A stretch of 64,000 nt of DNA, from positions 368,751 through 432,750 of the forward strand of contig OZ246418.1 in assembly GCA_965231155.1 (NCBI GenBank). Reading direction: 5' to 3'. This document shows, in pieces, positions 29,033 through 38,539 of this stretch. The notes beneath the pieces are model-generated. The model had not been told where the DNA came from. It did no database searches and worked only from the letters and a program-made list of their open reading frames with translations. Positions within the stretch are counted from its first letter, which is position 1. The number at the start of each line of letters is the position of its first letter. The stretch comes from an uncultured Candidatus Saccharibacteria bacterium (GTDB lineage: Bacteria; Patescibacteriota; Minisyncoccia; UBA6257; 2-01-FULL-56-20). The position numbers and the translations under genes are program-made.

Positions 29033-31075
29033 ATGCTGACGAAGATCGAGGCTAAGGAGCGTATCGAAAAACTGAAAAAAGAGATTACGCGATATCGTCA
29101 TAGTTATCACGTTCTTGACGTCTCGCTGATTTCTGACGAGGCCCTGGACTCCTTGAAGAAGGAGCTTTTCGACTTAGAGTTGGCTTTTCCTGAGTTTGTT
29201 ACCGCTGACTCGCCGACTCAGCGGGTGGCGGGGGAGCCTTTAAAAAAGTTTAAGAAGGTGACTCATAAAATTCGTATGAGTTCGCTGAATGATGCGTTTT
29301 CGAAAGAAGATGTCGAAGCCTGGTGGGAGCGTCTTCATAATTATCTTGGCCAGGAAGTCATCCCCACTTTTTACTGCGATCTGAAGATGGATGGCTTGGC
29401 GGTAGAGTTGGTGTATCAAGATGGTATTTTTGTGGAGGGGAGTACTCGCGGAGATGGTTTAGTGGGTGAGGATATCACCCAGAATCTAAAAACTGTAGAA
29501 GCGATTCCCCTGAGCCTCGAGGGCAAACATGTTGGTGAAGTACGTATACGGGGTGAGGTTTTTTTAATGACCAAGGATTTTGTGCGGATTAATAAAGAGC
29601 TCGAGAAAAAAGGAGAGAAGACATATGCGAATCCCCGGAATCTCGCCGCTGGCTCTCTTCGTCAACTTGATTCTCAGATTACCGCCAGTCGTAAACTTTT
29701 CTTTTATGCCTATGGAATTTCTGGTGAAGGGGAAGGGTACTTGAGGCAGTATCCCACTCATCAGAAGGAGTATGAGGTTTTGCGCAGTTGGGGTATCGCT
29801 CCGAATCCTCAGGGAGCAGTTATGCATTCTTTGGAAGAGGTTTTTGATTTTCATCAGAAGATTCTGAAAGAGCGGGAAAAACTACCCTATGAAATTGATG
29901 GCGTTGTGGTTACGGTAAACGATAATCGGATTTATGAGATGGCGGGGATTATCGGGAAGGCGCCTCGCGCCGCGATTGCTTATAAGTTTTCTCCACGAGA
30001 AGCGACGACGGTTGTTGAGGACATTAAGGTGCAGGTGGGTCGCACTGGAGTGTTAACTCCGGTTGCGATTATGCGTCCGGTGGAGGTGAGTGGGGTGACG
30101 ATTACTCATGCCACCTTACACAATGCCGATGAGATTGAGCGGTTGGGATTGAAAGTTGGCGATACGGTAATTATTAGTCGAGCAGGGGATGTGATTCCTC
30201 AGGTCTTGAGAGTGCTTAAGGAATTGAGGACTGGGAAAGAGAAAGTTTTTAAGATGCCGTCTCGTTGTCCAGTTGACGATTCGCCAGTGGTGCGCGATGG
30301 TGTGGCCTATCGTTGTTCGAGTAAGAGTTGTAGCGCCCAACATCGTGAAGCACTTTATCACTTTGTATCTCGTGGCGGGTTCAATATTGAGGGTCTTGGA
30401 CCGAAAATTATCGATCGGTTTTTGGACGAAGGTTTAGTTTCAGATGCTTCGGATATCTTTACTTTAAAGAAGGGAGACATTGCAGTGCTTGAGAGATTTG
30501 GAGAGAAGTCAGCGGAGAATATTATAAAAGAGATTGAAGATCGAAAAGAAGTTGAGTTGTCGCGATTTATTTATAGTCTAGGGATTTTTCATGTGGGCGA
30601 GGAGACTGCTCGGTTGCTAGCCAGTCGGATGCCTTTTCCTCGTTCGGGAGTTTTGATGGTGGGGGAGGTGGCAGATTTCTATCGAGCACTCTCACTTGAA
30701 GATCTTCAGAAGTTTCCGGATATTGGCCCAAAAGTGGCGGAGAGTATTTATGATTGGTTCCATGAGAAAAGAAATTCCCATCTCCTTGGCGCTTTAGGGA
30801 AAGCAGGTGTTAGCGTCCGTCATGAAAGGCCGAAAGGGGAGACAAATAAATTTATTGGTTTATCTTTTGTGTTAACGGGTAGTTTGATGAGCTTGTCGAG
30901 AGATCAAGCCAAGGAAAAGATAAGAGCTTTAGGCGGAGAGGTTTCTGAGTCGGTTAGTAAAAAAACTTCGTATGTGGTCGTTGGGGCAGAGCCGGGATCG
31001 AAGTATGAAAAAGCCCAGAAGCTTGGTGTAAAGATTCTTTCCGAGGCTGAGTTTCTAAAACTTACTACCAATTGA
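29033..31075 (+). CDS. ligA: NAD-dependent DNA ligase LigA
   Basis: Adenylation motif KMDGLAVELVY (KxDG). OB fold. Zn-finger CPVDDSPVVRDGVAYRCSSKSC. HhH and C-terminal BRCT (FVLTGSL...KAQKLGVKIL). Confidence 0.95.
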   Translation: MLTKIEAKERIEKLKKEITRYRHSYHVLDVSLISDEALDSLKKELFDLELAFPEFVTADSPTQRVAGEPLKKFKKVTHKIRMSSLNDAFSKEDVEAWWERLHNYLGQEVIPTFYCDLKMDGLAVELVYQDGIFVEGSTRGDGLVGEDITQNLKTVEAIPLSLEGKHVGEVRIRGEVFLMTKDFVRINKELEKKGEKTYANPRNLAAGSLRQLDSQITASRKLFFYAYGISGEGEGYLRQYPTHQKEYEVLRSWGIAPNPQGAVMHSLEEVFDFHQKILKEREKLPYEIDGVVVTVNDNRIYEMAGIIGKAPRAAIAYKFSPREATTVVEDIKVQVGRTGVLTPVAIMRPVEVSGVTITHATLHNADEIERLGLKVGDTVIISRAGDVIPQVLRVLKELRTGKEKVFKMPSRCPVDDSPVVRDGVAYRCSSKSCSAQHREALYHFVSRGGFNIEGLGPKIIDRFLDEGLVSDASDIFTLKKGDIAVLERFGEKSAENIIKEIEDRKEVELSRFIYSLGIFHVGEETARLLASRMPFPRSGVLMVGEVADFYRALSLEDLQKFPDIGPKVAESIYDWFHEKRNSHLLGALGKAGVSVRHERPKGETNKFIGLSFVLTGSLMSLSRDQAKEKIRALGGEVSESVSKKTSYVVVGAEPGSKYEKAQKLGVKILSEAEFLKLTTN

Positions 31076-31111
31076 TTTTTCTTTGGTTTCCCGTACAATA
31101 GCCTAGGTATT

Positions 31112-31186
31112 GCGGTCGTAGCTCAATTTGGTTAGAGCACCGCCCTGTCACGGCGGGGGTTACCGGTTCGAGTCCGGCCGACCGCG
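31112..31186 (+). tRNA. tRNA-Asp (anticodon GTC), no encoded CCA
   Basis: Acceptor GCGGTCG/CGACCGC. D-arm TAGCTCAATTTGGTTAGAGCA. Anticodon stem CCGCC/GGCGG with loop CTGTCAC. T-loop TTCGAGT. Discriminator G followed by CA. Confidence 0.9.
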
Positions 31187-31440
31187 CAGAAAAAAGAAAA
31201 TAATAGAGACAGTATAAAAAAGACAATCCCCAGAGCACGGAGTGTCTAGGGTTTGGGTTTGGGTTGCTGACTGATTAGGTCAGCCAGGTCTGCACGAAGT
31301 GCGGGAAGGGGGTGCCCGTAGAACGGGCGGGAGGGGCGGTGGTATTGGTCGTCTGTAGGACTGACTTAATCTTAGCGCTCTCACAGGAACCGACAAGGGG
31401 CGAGCTGTGGACAAGTTTTCGTAGGATTTTTTTAAATACC

Positions 31441-31469
31441 GAGCATCTTTTTTTACTAAAAAAGTGCTC
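31441..31469. terminator. Bidirectional terminator hairpin between tRNA-Asp region and convergent gatA
   Basis: gagcatcttttttt-act-aaaaaagtgctc (A/T-rich 12-bp stem with one bulge). Confidence 0.55.
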
Positions 31470-31537
31470 TACGCTCTCACATCGACATGTTCCGAGAGTT
31501 ATTTTAAAAAGATCCTACTCCAGCAGAGGGGGAGGAG

Positions 31538-33010
31538 TTAGGAGTTGAGCTTTTCGTAGTACTGACCGAGGCCGAGGATATCTGCTTCGTGAAATGGTTT
31601 ACCAATTAACTGGAAGCCAATAGGGAGGTGCGTTGAATCGTAGATGGTGCCTGGTGGTTCGGTGGGCATGGAGAGCGCGGGAAGGCCAGCGAGGTTCACC
31701 GGGATAGTAAAGATATCAGCCAGATACATAGCTAGAGGATCGGACATTTTCTCCCCCATCTTGAAAGGAAGCGAAGGGTAGACTGGCGTGAAGATGACAT
31801 CAACTTCTTTGAAGGCGTTATCGAAATCCTGTCGAATGAGAGTGCGAACTTTTTGAGCTTTGGCATAGTAAGCGTCGTAGTAGCCAGAGGAGAGAACGAA
31901 TGTGCCAAGAATGATGCGACGTTTTACTTCTGGACCAAATCCGAGACCGCGTTGTTTGCGATAGAGATCGGCTAGTGATTCTGATTCTTTGAGGCCTTGT
32001 TTTAGTCGAGAGTAACGGATGCCATCAAAACGGGCGGTGTTTGAACTGACTTCGGCGGGTACGATGATGTAGTAACAGGCTGGCGCATACTCGCTGTGTG
32101 GCAGAGAGATTTCTTTGAACTCCACCTTCATTGATTTGAACGCAAAGATAGTTTTTTCTAATGCATTCATCACTGCTTCGTCGACGCCACCATCTTTGAA
32201 GTACTCTTTTGGCAGACCGATCTTTAAGGAGGTTACGGTTTCGTATCGAGGATGGAGAAGTTCTTTTGTTTTGTACGCAGTAGGTGCGCTGGTGGAATCA
32301 TAGCCATCCTGGCCATAGATTCCAGAAAAAAGAATTGTGGCGTCTTCTACTGTTTTTGTAATTGGTCCGATCTGATCCAAACTCGAGGCCATAGCAGTGA
32401 GACCGTAGCGGGAGACAGCGCCATAGGTTGGTTTCAGTCCGACCACTCCACAAAACGCGGCCGGTTCGCGGATCGAGCCACCAGTGTCTGAGCCCAAAGC
32501 ACCGAGCGCCATATCGGCAGCGACGGCGGCGGCTGAACCACCAGATGATCCACCAGGTACTCGCTCAGGGTCGTGAGGATTGCGCGTCATTAATAGCGCC
32601 GAGTTTTCTGTCGAAGCGCCCATAGCGAACTCATCCATATTTGTTTTTCCTAAAAATATGGCGTCCTGCTCTTTTAGTTTTTTAATGACCGTGGCGTCGT
32701 AACTGGCGGTGTAGTGTTCGAGTATCTTTGAGGCCGAAGTGCAGGGGAGGCCTTCGATTAAAATATTATCCTTGATAGCCAGTGGGGCGCCAGCTAGAGG
32801 AGAGATAGGTTCATTTTTAGCGATCTTTAGATCGACTTGTTCAGCCTGACGAATGGCGGTTTCTTCGTTGAGACTGAGATAGGCGCCGATTTTTTTGTCA
32901 GCGTCTTTGATTTTTTCGAAGAGACCCTGGACCACCTCAAGCGCCGAGAATTCTTTTTTAGTAAGACCGGTATGGAATTTTTCTAAGGTGAGTTCTTTAG
33001 GATTTGTCAT
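31538..33010 (-). CDS. gatA: Glutamyl-tRNA(Gln)/Aspartyl-tRNA(Asn) amidotransferase subunit A
   Basis: Amidase signature GGSSGGSAAAVAA with catalytic Ser-cisSer-Lys context. 490 aa. Confidence 0.95.
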   Translation of the reverse strand: MTNPKELTLEKFHTGLTKKEFSALEVVQGLFEKIKDADKKIGAYLSLNEETAIRQAEQVDLKIAKNEPISPLAGAPLAIKDNILIEGLPCTSASKILEHYTASYDATVIKKLKEQDAIFLGKTNMDEFAMGASTENSALLMTRNPHDPERVPGGSSGGSAAAVAADMALGALGSDTGGSIREPAAFCGVVGLKPTYGAVSRYGLTAMASSLDQIGPITKTVEDATILFSGIYGQDGYDSTSAPTAYKTKELLHPRYETVTSLKIGLPKEYFKDGGVDEAVMNALEKTIFAFKSMKVEFKEISLPHSEYAPACYYIIVPAEVSSNTARFDGIRYSRLKQGLKESESLADLYRKQRGLGFGPEVKRRIILGTFVLSSGYYDAYYAKAQKVRTLIRQDFDNAFKEVDVIFTPVYPSLPFKMGEKMSDPLAMYLADIFTIPVNLAGLPALSMPTEPPGTIYDSTHLPIGFQLIGKPFHEADILGLGQYYEKLNS

Positions 33011-33302
33011 GATGAAAAACTGAAGGGACTTTAAGGTAACCGGCGGATTCTTCGGGGAAGCTTTCTACTCCATGTTGTTTCTGAGTGTCGAGGCGTGCCG
33101 TATCTTCACGAAAGATGTTTTCGAGAGAGGTACCGCCATTCATTGCCGGGACATTTTCGGTGTCGAGCTCCTGGAGCTTTTCAAAGTAAGAGAGAATTGA
33201 ACGGAGGTCGTCGATGAGTTTTTTCTCTTCTCGGTCAGAAAGTTCGATACGAGCCAGATTGGCCAGGTGTTTTAATACTTTTTGGTTAATAGGAGAGGCC
33301 AT
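32997..33302 (-). CDS. gatC: Glu/Asp-tRNA amidotransferase subunit C
   Basis: About 100 aa. LANLARIELSDREEKKLIDDLRSILSYFEKLQELDTENV typical of GatC. Overlaps the gatA start by 14 nt. Confidence 0.8.
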   Translation of the reverse strand: MASPINQKVLKHLANLARIELSDREEKKLIDDLRSILSYFEKLQELDTENVPAMNGGTSLENIFREDTARLDTQKQHGVESFPEESAGYLKVPSVFHHDKS

Positions 33303-33333
33303 AGGGAGGATTGTAGCACTCTTTCGAGCGATT

Positions 33334-34692
33334 TCAATTATTCAATGATCTTCTTAGAATTATTTGAAATTCTTTAGGAACAAAGTTCTGTTTATTCCAG
33401 GATACGAGGAAGGACTTATTGGGCTTCTTTTTTGCATAGAATTCCTTACGATAGCGCTCGAGGAGAAGGGGGAGTGGCATGTGTATTTTCTCATATTTTT
33501 CAATAGTGAGTTCTAGTGCAATTCTTGTTTCTTCTATTGTAGAGATGCAGTCAAAGGGGCGGTGTGCGGATTTTCCCAAGAAAGCAGGAATATATGACCA
33601 GAGGTGAGGGTTATTAAGGAGATTTCCCTTAAATATTTTTTGGAGTTCTTTTTCTTCTAAAAATGGAGAGAGAAGGAGGTAGATAGTGAAACACTTAGGG
33701 CATTTTTTGCACCAGGAATTTTCTTTTAAGTTTACGTTGCAACTTTTGAAAACTGAGAAGTGTTTTTGGTATTGAGAAAATATGTAAGCAATTTGCAGTT
33801 CGTGGACAGGACGGAGAAGGCTGAAGTAGTTTATTTCTTTCGAAAGATATTTGGATAAATACACGCGGAATTTCTTTTCAAACAAAAAACTCTTGGAATA
33901 CTGATGATTGATTGTTCGGTTTCCTTTTTTTAGGTTGCCTTCATCCGAACTTCGTTCTTGGGAAATGGCAATGTGTCGATAATCGAAGACTACTCCACAG
34001 AGTACGGTGAGAAAAGCTAAATAGCTTGAGAAAGGAGTGTGGCCATTGAGGTATCCTTTTTTATTGAGCGAGATAAGACTTGGATCGATTTTTCTTTGGA
34101 TGGTAATTGGTGGAAGATTTGAAACGGCTCGACTGGCATTGAGGGCAGCAGGAACGTTTCCTAAGACTAGAGTGCAAAACTGTGCTTTTGATTCTTTTAG
34201 TATTTCAGCAGAAACGAATGAGTCCTTTCCTCCTCCCATAGGAACAAGGTATCGATTTTTCAGTGAGAGATGATTTGAGGCGATAGTCGGTTTTTGAGCA
34301 GACGAAGTTATGTTCACGAACTTTTTGGAAAAAGGGATTTTATTTACATAGAAGAATTCAGCTAAACCATTTTCAAGTAGGTCCTGCCACCAGGTAATCT
34401 GTGATTTGGAGAGATATCCTGCCTTAATGATAATCTGAGGACTCGTGGTTGCTTTCCAGTAGCTAGGGATTTCGGCTAGGCCAAGATGGAAGATGAGGTT
34501 TTCGAGTAGTTCAGGGTTTATATTCTTTATCCTTTTTTCATCTATATTTTCTATAACTACTTCTGGTTCGAAGCGAATATTTGGAGAAACGGAAAAAGAA
34601 AAGCGAATGACCAAATCCTTCTTTTTAATATAGTAGGAATAAGATTCATACGTGAAGGTTGGGTGTTTTTCGCGGAGAGCTTTATAGGTCAT
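33334..34692 (-). CDS. PP-loop (adenine-nucleotide alpha-hydrolase superfamily)-like protein with C-terminal CxxC-x-C cluster, function unknown
   Basis: 452 aa. YLVPMGGGKDSFVSAEIL resembles the SGGxDS PP-loop. C-terminal CNVNLKENSWCKKCPKC. Sits between murD and gatC in one transcription unit. Confidence 0.5.
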   Translation of the reverse strand: MTYKALREKHPTFTYESYSYYIKKKDLVIRFSFSVSPNIRFEPEVVIENIDEKRIKNINPELLENLIFHLGLAEIPSYWKATTSPQIIIKAGYLSKSQITWWQDLLENGLAEFFYVNKIPFSKKFVNITSSAQKPTIASNHLSLKNRYLVPMGGGKDSFVSAEILKESKAQFCTLVLGNVPAALNASRAVSNLPPITIQRKIDPSLISLNKKGYLNGHTPFSSYLAFLTVLCGVVFDYRHIAISQERSSDEGNLKKGNRTINHQYSKSFLFEKKFRVYLSKYLSKEINYFSLLRPVHELQIAYIFSQYQKHFSVFKSCNVNLKENSWCKKCPKCFTIYLLLSPFLEEKELQKIFKGNLLNNPHLWSYIPAFLGKSAHRPFDCISTIEETRIALELTIEKYEKIHMPLPLLLERYRKEFYAKKKPNKSFLVSWNKQNFVPKEFQIILRRSLNN

Positions 34693-35966
34693 GATCTTAA
34701 AGATTTTACGGTTGCTTTGAATTGCTGGCCTCTGTCTTCGTAGTTTTTGAACATATCAAAACTTGCAGATCCAGGGGATAGGAGAACGACATTATTTTTT
34801 TCTGATTTTTTGGCGGCAATTTCCACTGCCTTTTTTAAAGAGGATGCAGTAAGAGTCGGGGTTTTTTTTATATGTTCTTGAATTTTTTTCTTATTCTCTC
34901 CGATTAGAATAATTAATTTAACAGGAGGTCTGTCCATGGCTTTGGCCATAGGTCGGTAGTCGAGATTTCTGTCTTTTCCTCCGGCGATAATGATGATTGG
35001 TTCTTTGAACGCTTTTATTGCGGCAATGGTAGCGAGGGGATTGGCTGAGGCTGAGTCGTTATAAAAAGAGACACTGTTGATTTTATCGACTAGTTCCAAG
35101 CGATGTTCATAGCCTCGGAATTTCCGAACGGCCTTCTTGATTGTTGTTTCGGAACAGCCAAGCTTTTGTGCAACGGCAACGGCAAGACTGGCGTTGTGGA
35201 TGAGATGTGGCGCGGGGAGGTAGAGATCGGAAGGAGAGAGGAGTGGGTTAATTTCTGAACCAATGGAAACTTTATGCCCAGAGCTTTTGTTGGCGATCAG
35301 CTGCGCATACTTATTGCGACTATCATAAAAGACCCAGTCGGTTTTTTTCTGGAAACTGGCGATATGAGACTTTGCCTGAACATACTCTTTGAAGTTTTTA
35401 TGGGCATCGAGGTGGTCAGGAGCGATTCCTAACACAATGGCGATATGCGGGCTGGTTTCTAAATCCTGGAGCTGGAAACTAGAAAGTTCGAAAACAACGA
35501 GAGAACTCTTTTTTATTTTCGGCAAGAGATCGAGCGCTGGAGTGCCAATATTCCCGACTAGATATACGTCTTTTTTTGACGCTTTCAGAATTTGATAGAG
35601 AATCGTGGCGGTGGTGCCTTTTCCTTTAGTGCCGGTTATACCAATAATTTTTGCTGGGCAGTATTCAAAAAATATTTTGGTCAGACTCGTCATTTGTACA
35701 CCTGCTTTTCGGGCCGTCTTCAGTTCTTGGCGGTTATAGGGAATGCCAGGGGAGCGGATGATAATATCGAATTCTTTGAGTGAGTCGAGGTATCCTTTGC
35801 CAGTTTTTGAGTGGATGCCTGTAGGAATTTTGAGATCGGTTTTGTAGTCGAGTACCCAGTATTCGATATCTTTTTGTGGAAGCCCAAACACTACTTTCTG
35901 TTTTCTAAGAAAGCGAAGCGTGGAGATTCCCTCGCGACTGAACCCAAGAATGGCAACTCGTATCAT
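34689..35966 (-). CDS. murD: UDP-N-acetylmuramoylalanine--D-glutamate ligase MurD
   Basis: Rossmann-like N-domain. P-loop GITGTKGKGTT. ELSSFQL. FYNDSASANP (MurD DSKATN region). C-terminal LSPGSASFDMFKNYEDRGQQF (SPAcASfDqFknFeeRG). Confidence 0.85.
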   Translation of the reverse strand: MIRVAILGFSREGISTLRFLRKQKVVFGLPQKDIEYWVLDYKTDLKIPTGIHSKTGKGYLDSLKEFDIIIRSPGIPYNRQELKTARKAGVQMTSLTKIFFEYCPAKIIGITGTKGKGTTATILYQILKASKKDVYLVGNIGTPALDLLPKIKKSSLVVFELSSFQLQDLETSPHIAIVLGIAPDHLDAHKNFKEYVQAKSHIASFQKKTDWVFYDSRNKYAQLIANKSSGHKVSIGSEINPLLSPSDLYLPAPHLIHNASLAVAVAQKLGCSETTIKKAVRKFRGYEHRLELVDKINSVSFYNDSASANPLATIAAIKAFKEPIIIIAGGKDRNLDYRPMAKAMDRPPVKLIILIGENKKKIQEHIKKTPTLTASSLKKAVEIAAKKSEKNNVVLLSPGSASFDMFKNYEDRGQQFKATVKSLRS

Positions 35967-36032
35967 GAGATAAAAATACCCCGCTTCGCTGTTTACGCCA
36001 AGAGGGGTATTTGAAATCAGTAACCGAGGCGA

Positions 36033-36839
36033 CTATTCTCCCTGATTGGTGAATCGAGCGTCAGCGTACTCCCAGAATTTATTTGAACCACCAATTGAGC
36101 TGGCACACTCGCTTTCCTCAGCATAACTCATGGCAAAACGATGAATACTGGTGAGTGGAAGATGGCGATAGATCCAGGCGACTTGTCCTTTTTCTCCGTA
36201 CTCGGCCATGACTTGCTTCATGGTTTCGTGGAAAGCCTGGCAGTAAGGACACTCAAAGTCAGAGAATTCAACAATTTTCACTGGAGCATTTTGGTTTCCA
36301 CGAATGTGGTCAGTACTGCTCACTGGAAGCATGTTGTAGATAGGATCATTTTTCTCTTTGGCGGTTGGTGGCGTGCTGGTACTGGCTAAAGCTTCTTCTA
36401 TAATCTTCTTCACCTCCTCATATGGATAAGCGCCGGCGATGAGGAACCTCTTTCCACTAGGGGCGATTACAATATTGTATGGCGTGCCTTGTCCACCGGC
36501 TTTTTCTGCATCAGCCATATGGCCTTGGATTTTTTCCGCGAATGATTTTTTTGCTAAGCAGGCTTCAACGGCGTCTTTTTTGAGTCCGATGCTCGCCATG
36601 ACATCAACTGGCTTGGCGGAGCCATTTTTCCCGGTGAATGAAGTAGGATCTCTATAGAGAATAGCAATGGCGACAAGGAGTCCAGCGCCAATGATAGAAA
36701 TAGGGATGAGGTAGGGGTTTTCTTTTTTATTTTCGAACTCGATATCTATCTTTTCGGGGATTGTGGTAATCGGATCCATTTCTTTCTTCATAGCTTTTAC
36801 CGCAACCGTTTTCTCTTTCGTGATTTTTTTTGTGGGCAT
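36033..36839 (-). CDS. DsbA-like thiol:disulfide oxidoreductase (thioredoxin fold) with N-terminal membrane anchor
   Basis: CPYC active site (FECPYCQAF). N-terminal TM IPISIIGAGLLVAIAIL. Confidence 0.75.
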   Translation of the reverse strand: MPTKKITKEKTVAVKAMKKEMDPITTIPEKIDIEFENKKENPYLIPISIIGAGLLVAIAILYRDPTSFTGKNGSAKPVDVMASIGLKKDAVEACLAKKSFAEKIQGHMADAEKAGGQGTPYNIVIAPSGKRFLIAGAYPYEEVKKIIEEALASTSTPPTAKEKNDPIYNMLPVSSTDHIRGNQNAPVKIVEFSDFECPYCQAFHETMKQVMAEYGEKGQVAWIYRHLPLTSIHRFAMSYAEESECASSIGGSNKFWEYADARFTNQGE

Positions 36840-37019
36840 AAAAATAGTATAGCATAACTTATTTTATTTTTTTATGAATATTTTTGAACACTAAGAACAA
36901 ACTTCTCCTTGAAGTGTATGATTTTTGAGAAGCTATCGGAGAAACTAAGGTTTTGAGATCCAGGGAAACTTTCAGTAGGAAGTTATCCCGGTTCACAAAA
37001 ATTGCATACTGAAGATTGT

Positions 37020-37089
37020 TGCGGGGGCCGGACTCGAACCGGCTCCACGAGCTTATGGGGCTCGCATGGTAACCCTTCCACCACCCCGC
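37020..37089 (-). tRNA. tRNA with anticodon CAT (Met, or Ile2-lysidine type), compact (about 70 nt), no encoded CCA
   Basis: Minus strand GCGGGG(T)...CCCCGC acceptor. Anticodon stem CGAGC/GCTCG with loop CCCATAA (C at position 33 is unusual). T-arm GCCGG-TTCGAGT-CCGGC. Confidence 0.75.
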
Positions 37090-37220
37090 GATATGACGGC
37101 TTATTATAGAAGGGAATGAGAGCAATTGTCAAAACATCAAATAGATGATACAAATTTCTAGTATTCGTAGCCCCGACGTTGCAGTCGGGATGGTGGAGCG
37201 AGTTTGTTTGTCTTATGAAT

Positions 37221-37292
37221 GCTGGCGTAGCTCAGTGGTAGAGCGAGGGACTCATAAACCCTAGGTCGGAAGTTCGATCCTTCCCGCCAGCA
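37221..37292 (+). tRNA. tRNA-Met (anticodon CAT; elongator vs initiator not resolved), no encoded CCA
   Basis: Acceptor GCTGGCG/CGCCAGC (G1-C72 paired). D-arm TAGCTCAGTGGTAGAGC. Anticodon loop CTCATAA. T-arm GGAAG-TTCGATC-CTTCC. Discriminator A. Confidence 0.85.
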
Positions 37293-37298
37293 CATCTT

Positions 37299-38024
37299 TC
37301 ATTTCTTGGTCTGCGTCGCAAACCTCATTTTTAGTACATTCACGAGGCCTTCTTTGATGATGGAGGACTTAAATTTTGAAGCACCGATTATTCTGTCTCG
37401 AAAGGTGATGGGGACTTCGATCATCGAATAGTTATTTTTTAGTGCTTGCCATTTGAGCCAGATCTGAAAAAAGTAACCGTCGAAAGTAATTTCTTCTTGG
37501 AGAATTTTTTGTAGAGTCTCTTTGCGCCACCCATTGAATCCACCAGTCAAATCTCGAATGGATATCTGAAGGATGCTTCGCGCATAAAGGTTGCCCAGTC
37601 GACTAATCATTTTTCTTTGGAAGTTCCAGCCTTCAATTTCCCCTTTTTTTGTGTAGCGAGAACCAACAACTACGTCGTACTCTCTGAGGGCGTTATAGAT
37701 CTTTGCAATATCTCGATAGTCGTGGCTCCCATCGGCATCCATCTGAACAATAGCCTCGGCCCCAAGATTGAGAGCGTAGTCGAATCCTTCTTTATATGAT
37801 TGTGCAAAACTCTTGGTTTGCTTTCGTTCTATAAGGTGGAGACGGGGTGTTTGTTTTTGGATTTCTCTTACCTCTCGTACTGTACTATCAGTTGAGTGAT
37901 CGTCGACAACAATAACTGAAGTAATATGTGGATCTTCAAGGAGGTGGGGGATGATCTTACTCACATTACCCGCTTCGTTCAGCGTGGGAATAACTATGAC
38001 CAGTTTTTTTATTGAATGGGGCAT
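37299..38024 (-). CDS. Family 2 glycosyltransferase, polyprenyl-phosphate sugar synthase type (DPM1 / GtrB-like)
   Basis: VIPTLNEAGNV, VVDDHSTDST, DADGSH (DxD-containing GT-A fold). 241 aa. Confidence 0.85.
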   Translation of the reverse strand: MPHSIKKLVIVIPTLNEAGNVSKIIPHLLEDPHITSVIVVDDHSTDSTVREVREIQKQTPRLHLIERKQTKSFAQSYKEGFDYALNLGAEAIVQMDADGSHDYRDIAKIYNALREYDVVVGSRYTKKGEIEGWNFQRKMISRLGNLYARSILQISIRDLTGGFNGWRKETLQKILQEEITFDGYFFQIWLKWQALKNNYSMIEVPITFRDRIIGASKFKSSIIKEGLVNVLKMRFATQTKK

Positions 38025-38473
38025 TATTCTCTGAAAACGACATACTTATATTGAAGGAAGTTTGAAAGGGAGCCACAGGCGATACCAAGTAAGGAAGCAA
38101 TGTTGGCCCATAGTTGGGGAGAAAGTTCTGCGGGGTGAATAGTGTGTACCAATAACGCAGCGATGCCGATGTTGATGATGCCACTGAGAAGGCTGGCGAG
38201 ATAAAATTTTTCAAATCGTTTTTCGTTCTGAGAGGAAAATACCCAGTGTCTATTCCAGAAAAAGTTGTGATAGACAGCTACAGAGAAGGAGAGGGTTTTA
38301 AAAACAAGGAAGGATGCTCCGGCGGAGAGGCCGGTAAGGAACATGGCCGTATTGAGGACGGTGAGGTCAATAATCACGCCAACGATACCAACGAGGGAAA
38401 AGGCAGCGATCTGATACCAACTCTTTGTGGCGTTGCGATGCCACCAGAAGGCCACTTCTTTTTTCTTAAGCAT
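38024..38473 (-). CDS. GtrA-family membrane protein (flippase-like partner of the GT2)
   Basis: Four TM helices. Motif FFWNRHWVFSSQ typical of GtrA. Start taken at MLKKKEVAFWW; the longer ORF to 38659 would run into the divergent promoter region. Confidence 0.7.
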   Translation of the reverse strand: MLKKKEVAFWWHRNATKSWYQIAAFSLVGIVGVIIDLTVLNTAMFLTGLSAGASFLVFKTLSFSVAVYHNFFWNRHWVFSSQNEKRFEKFYLASLLSGIINIGIAALLVHTIHPAELSPQLWANIASLLGIACGSLSNFLQYKYVVFRE

Positions 38474-38539
38474 TGTAGTGAGTGTTGTTTTAATAAAAAA
38501 CTGACGAGTGTCTATGGGATAGTATATAATTGATACATT

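Noticed and set aside
31187-31440. SRP RNA, RNase P RNA or tmRNA in the tRNA-Asp/gatA spacer
   Set aside because: The conserved signatures (GGAAGCAGC of SRP domain IV; AAAGTCCGG / ACAGAACCCGGCTTA of RNase P; tRNA-like 3' end plus tag ORF of tmRNA) were not found.
31312-31548. ORF 31312..31548 (78 aa) between tRNA-Asp and gatA
   Set aside because: Arg/Gly-rich product derived from G-tract DNA. It runs through the bidirectional terminator into the gatA 3' end. Treated as non-coding spacer (possible ncRNA instead).
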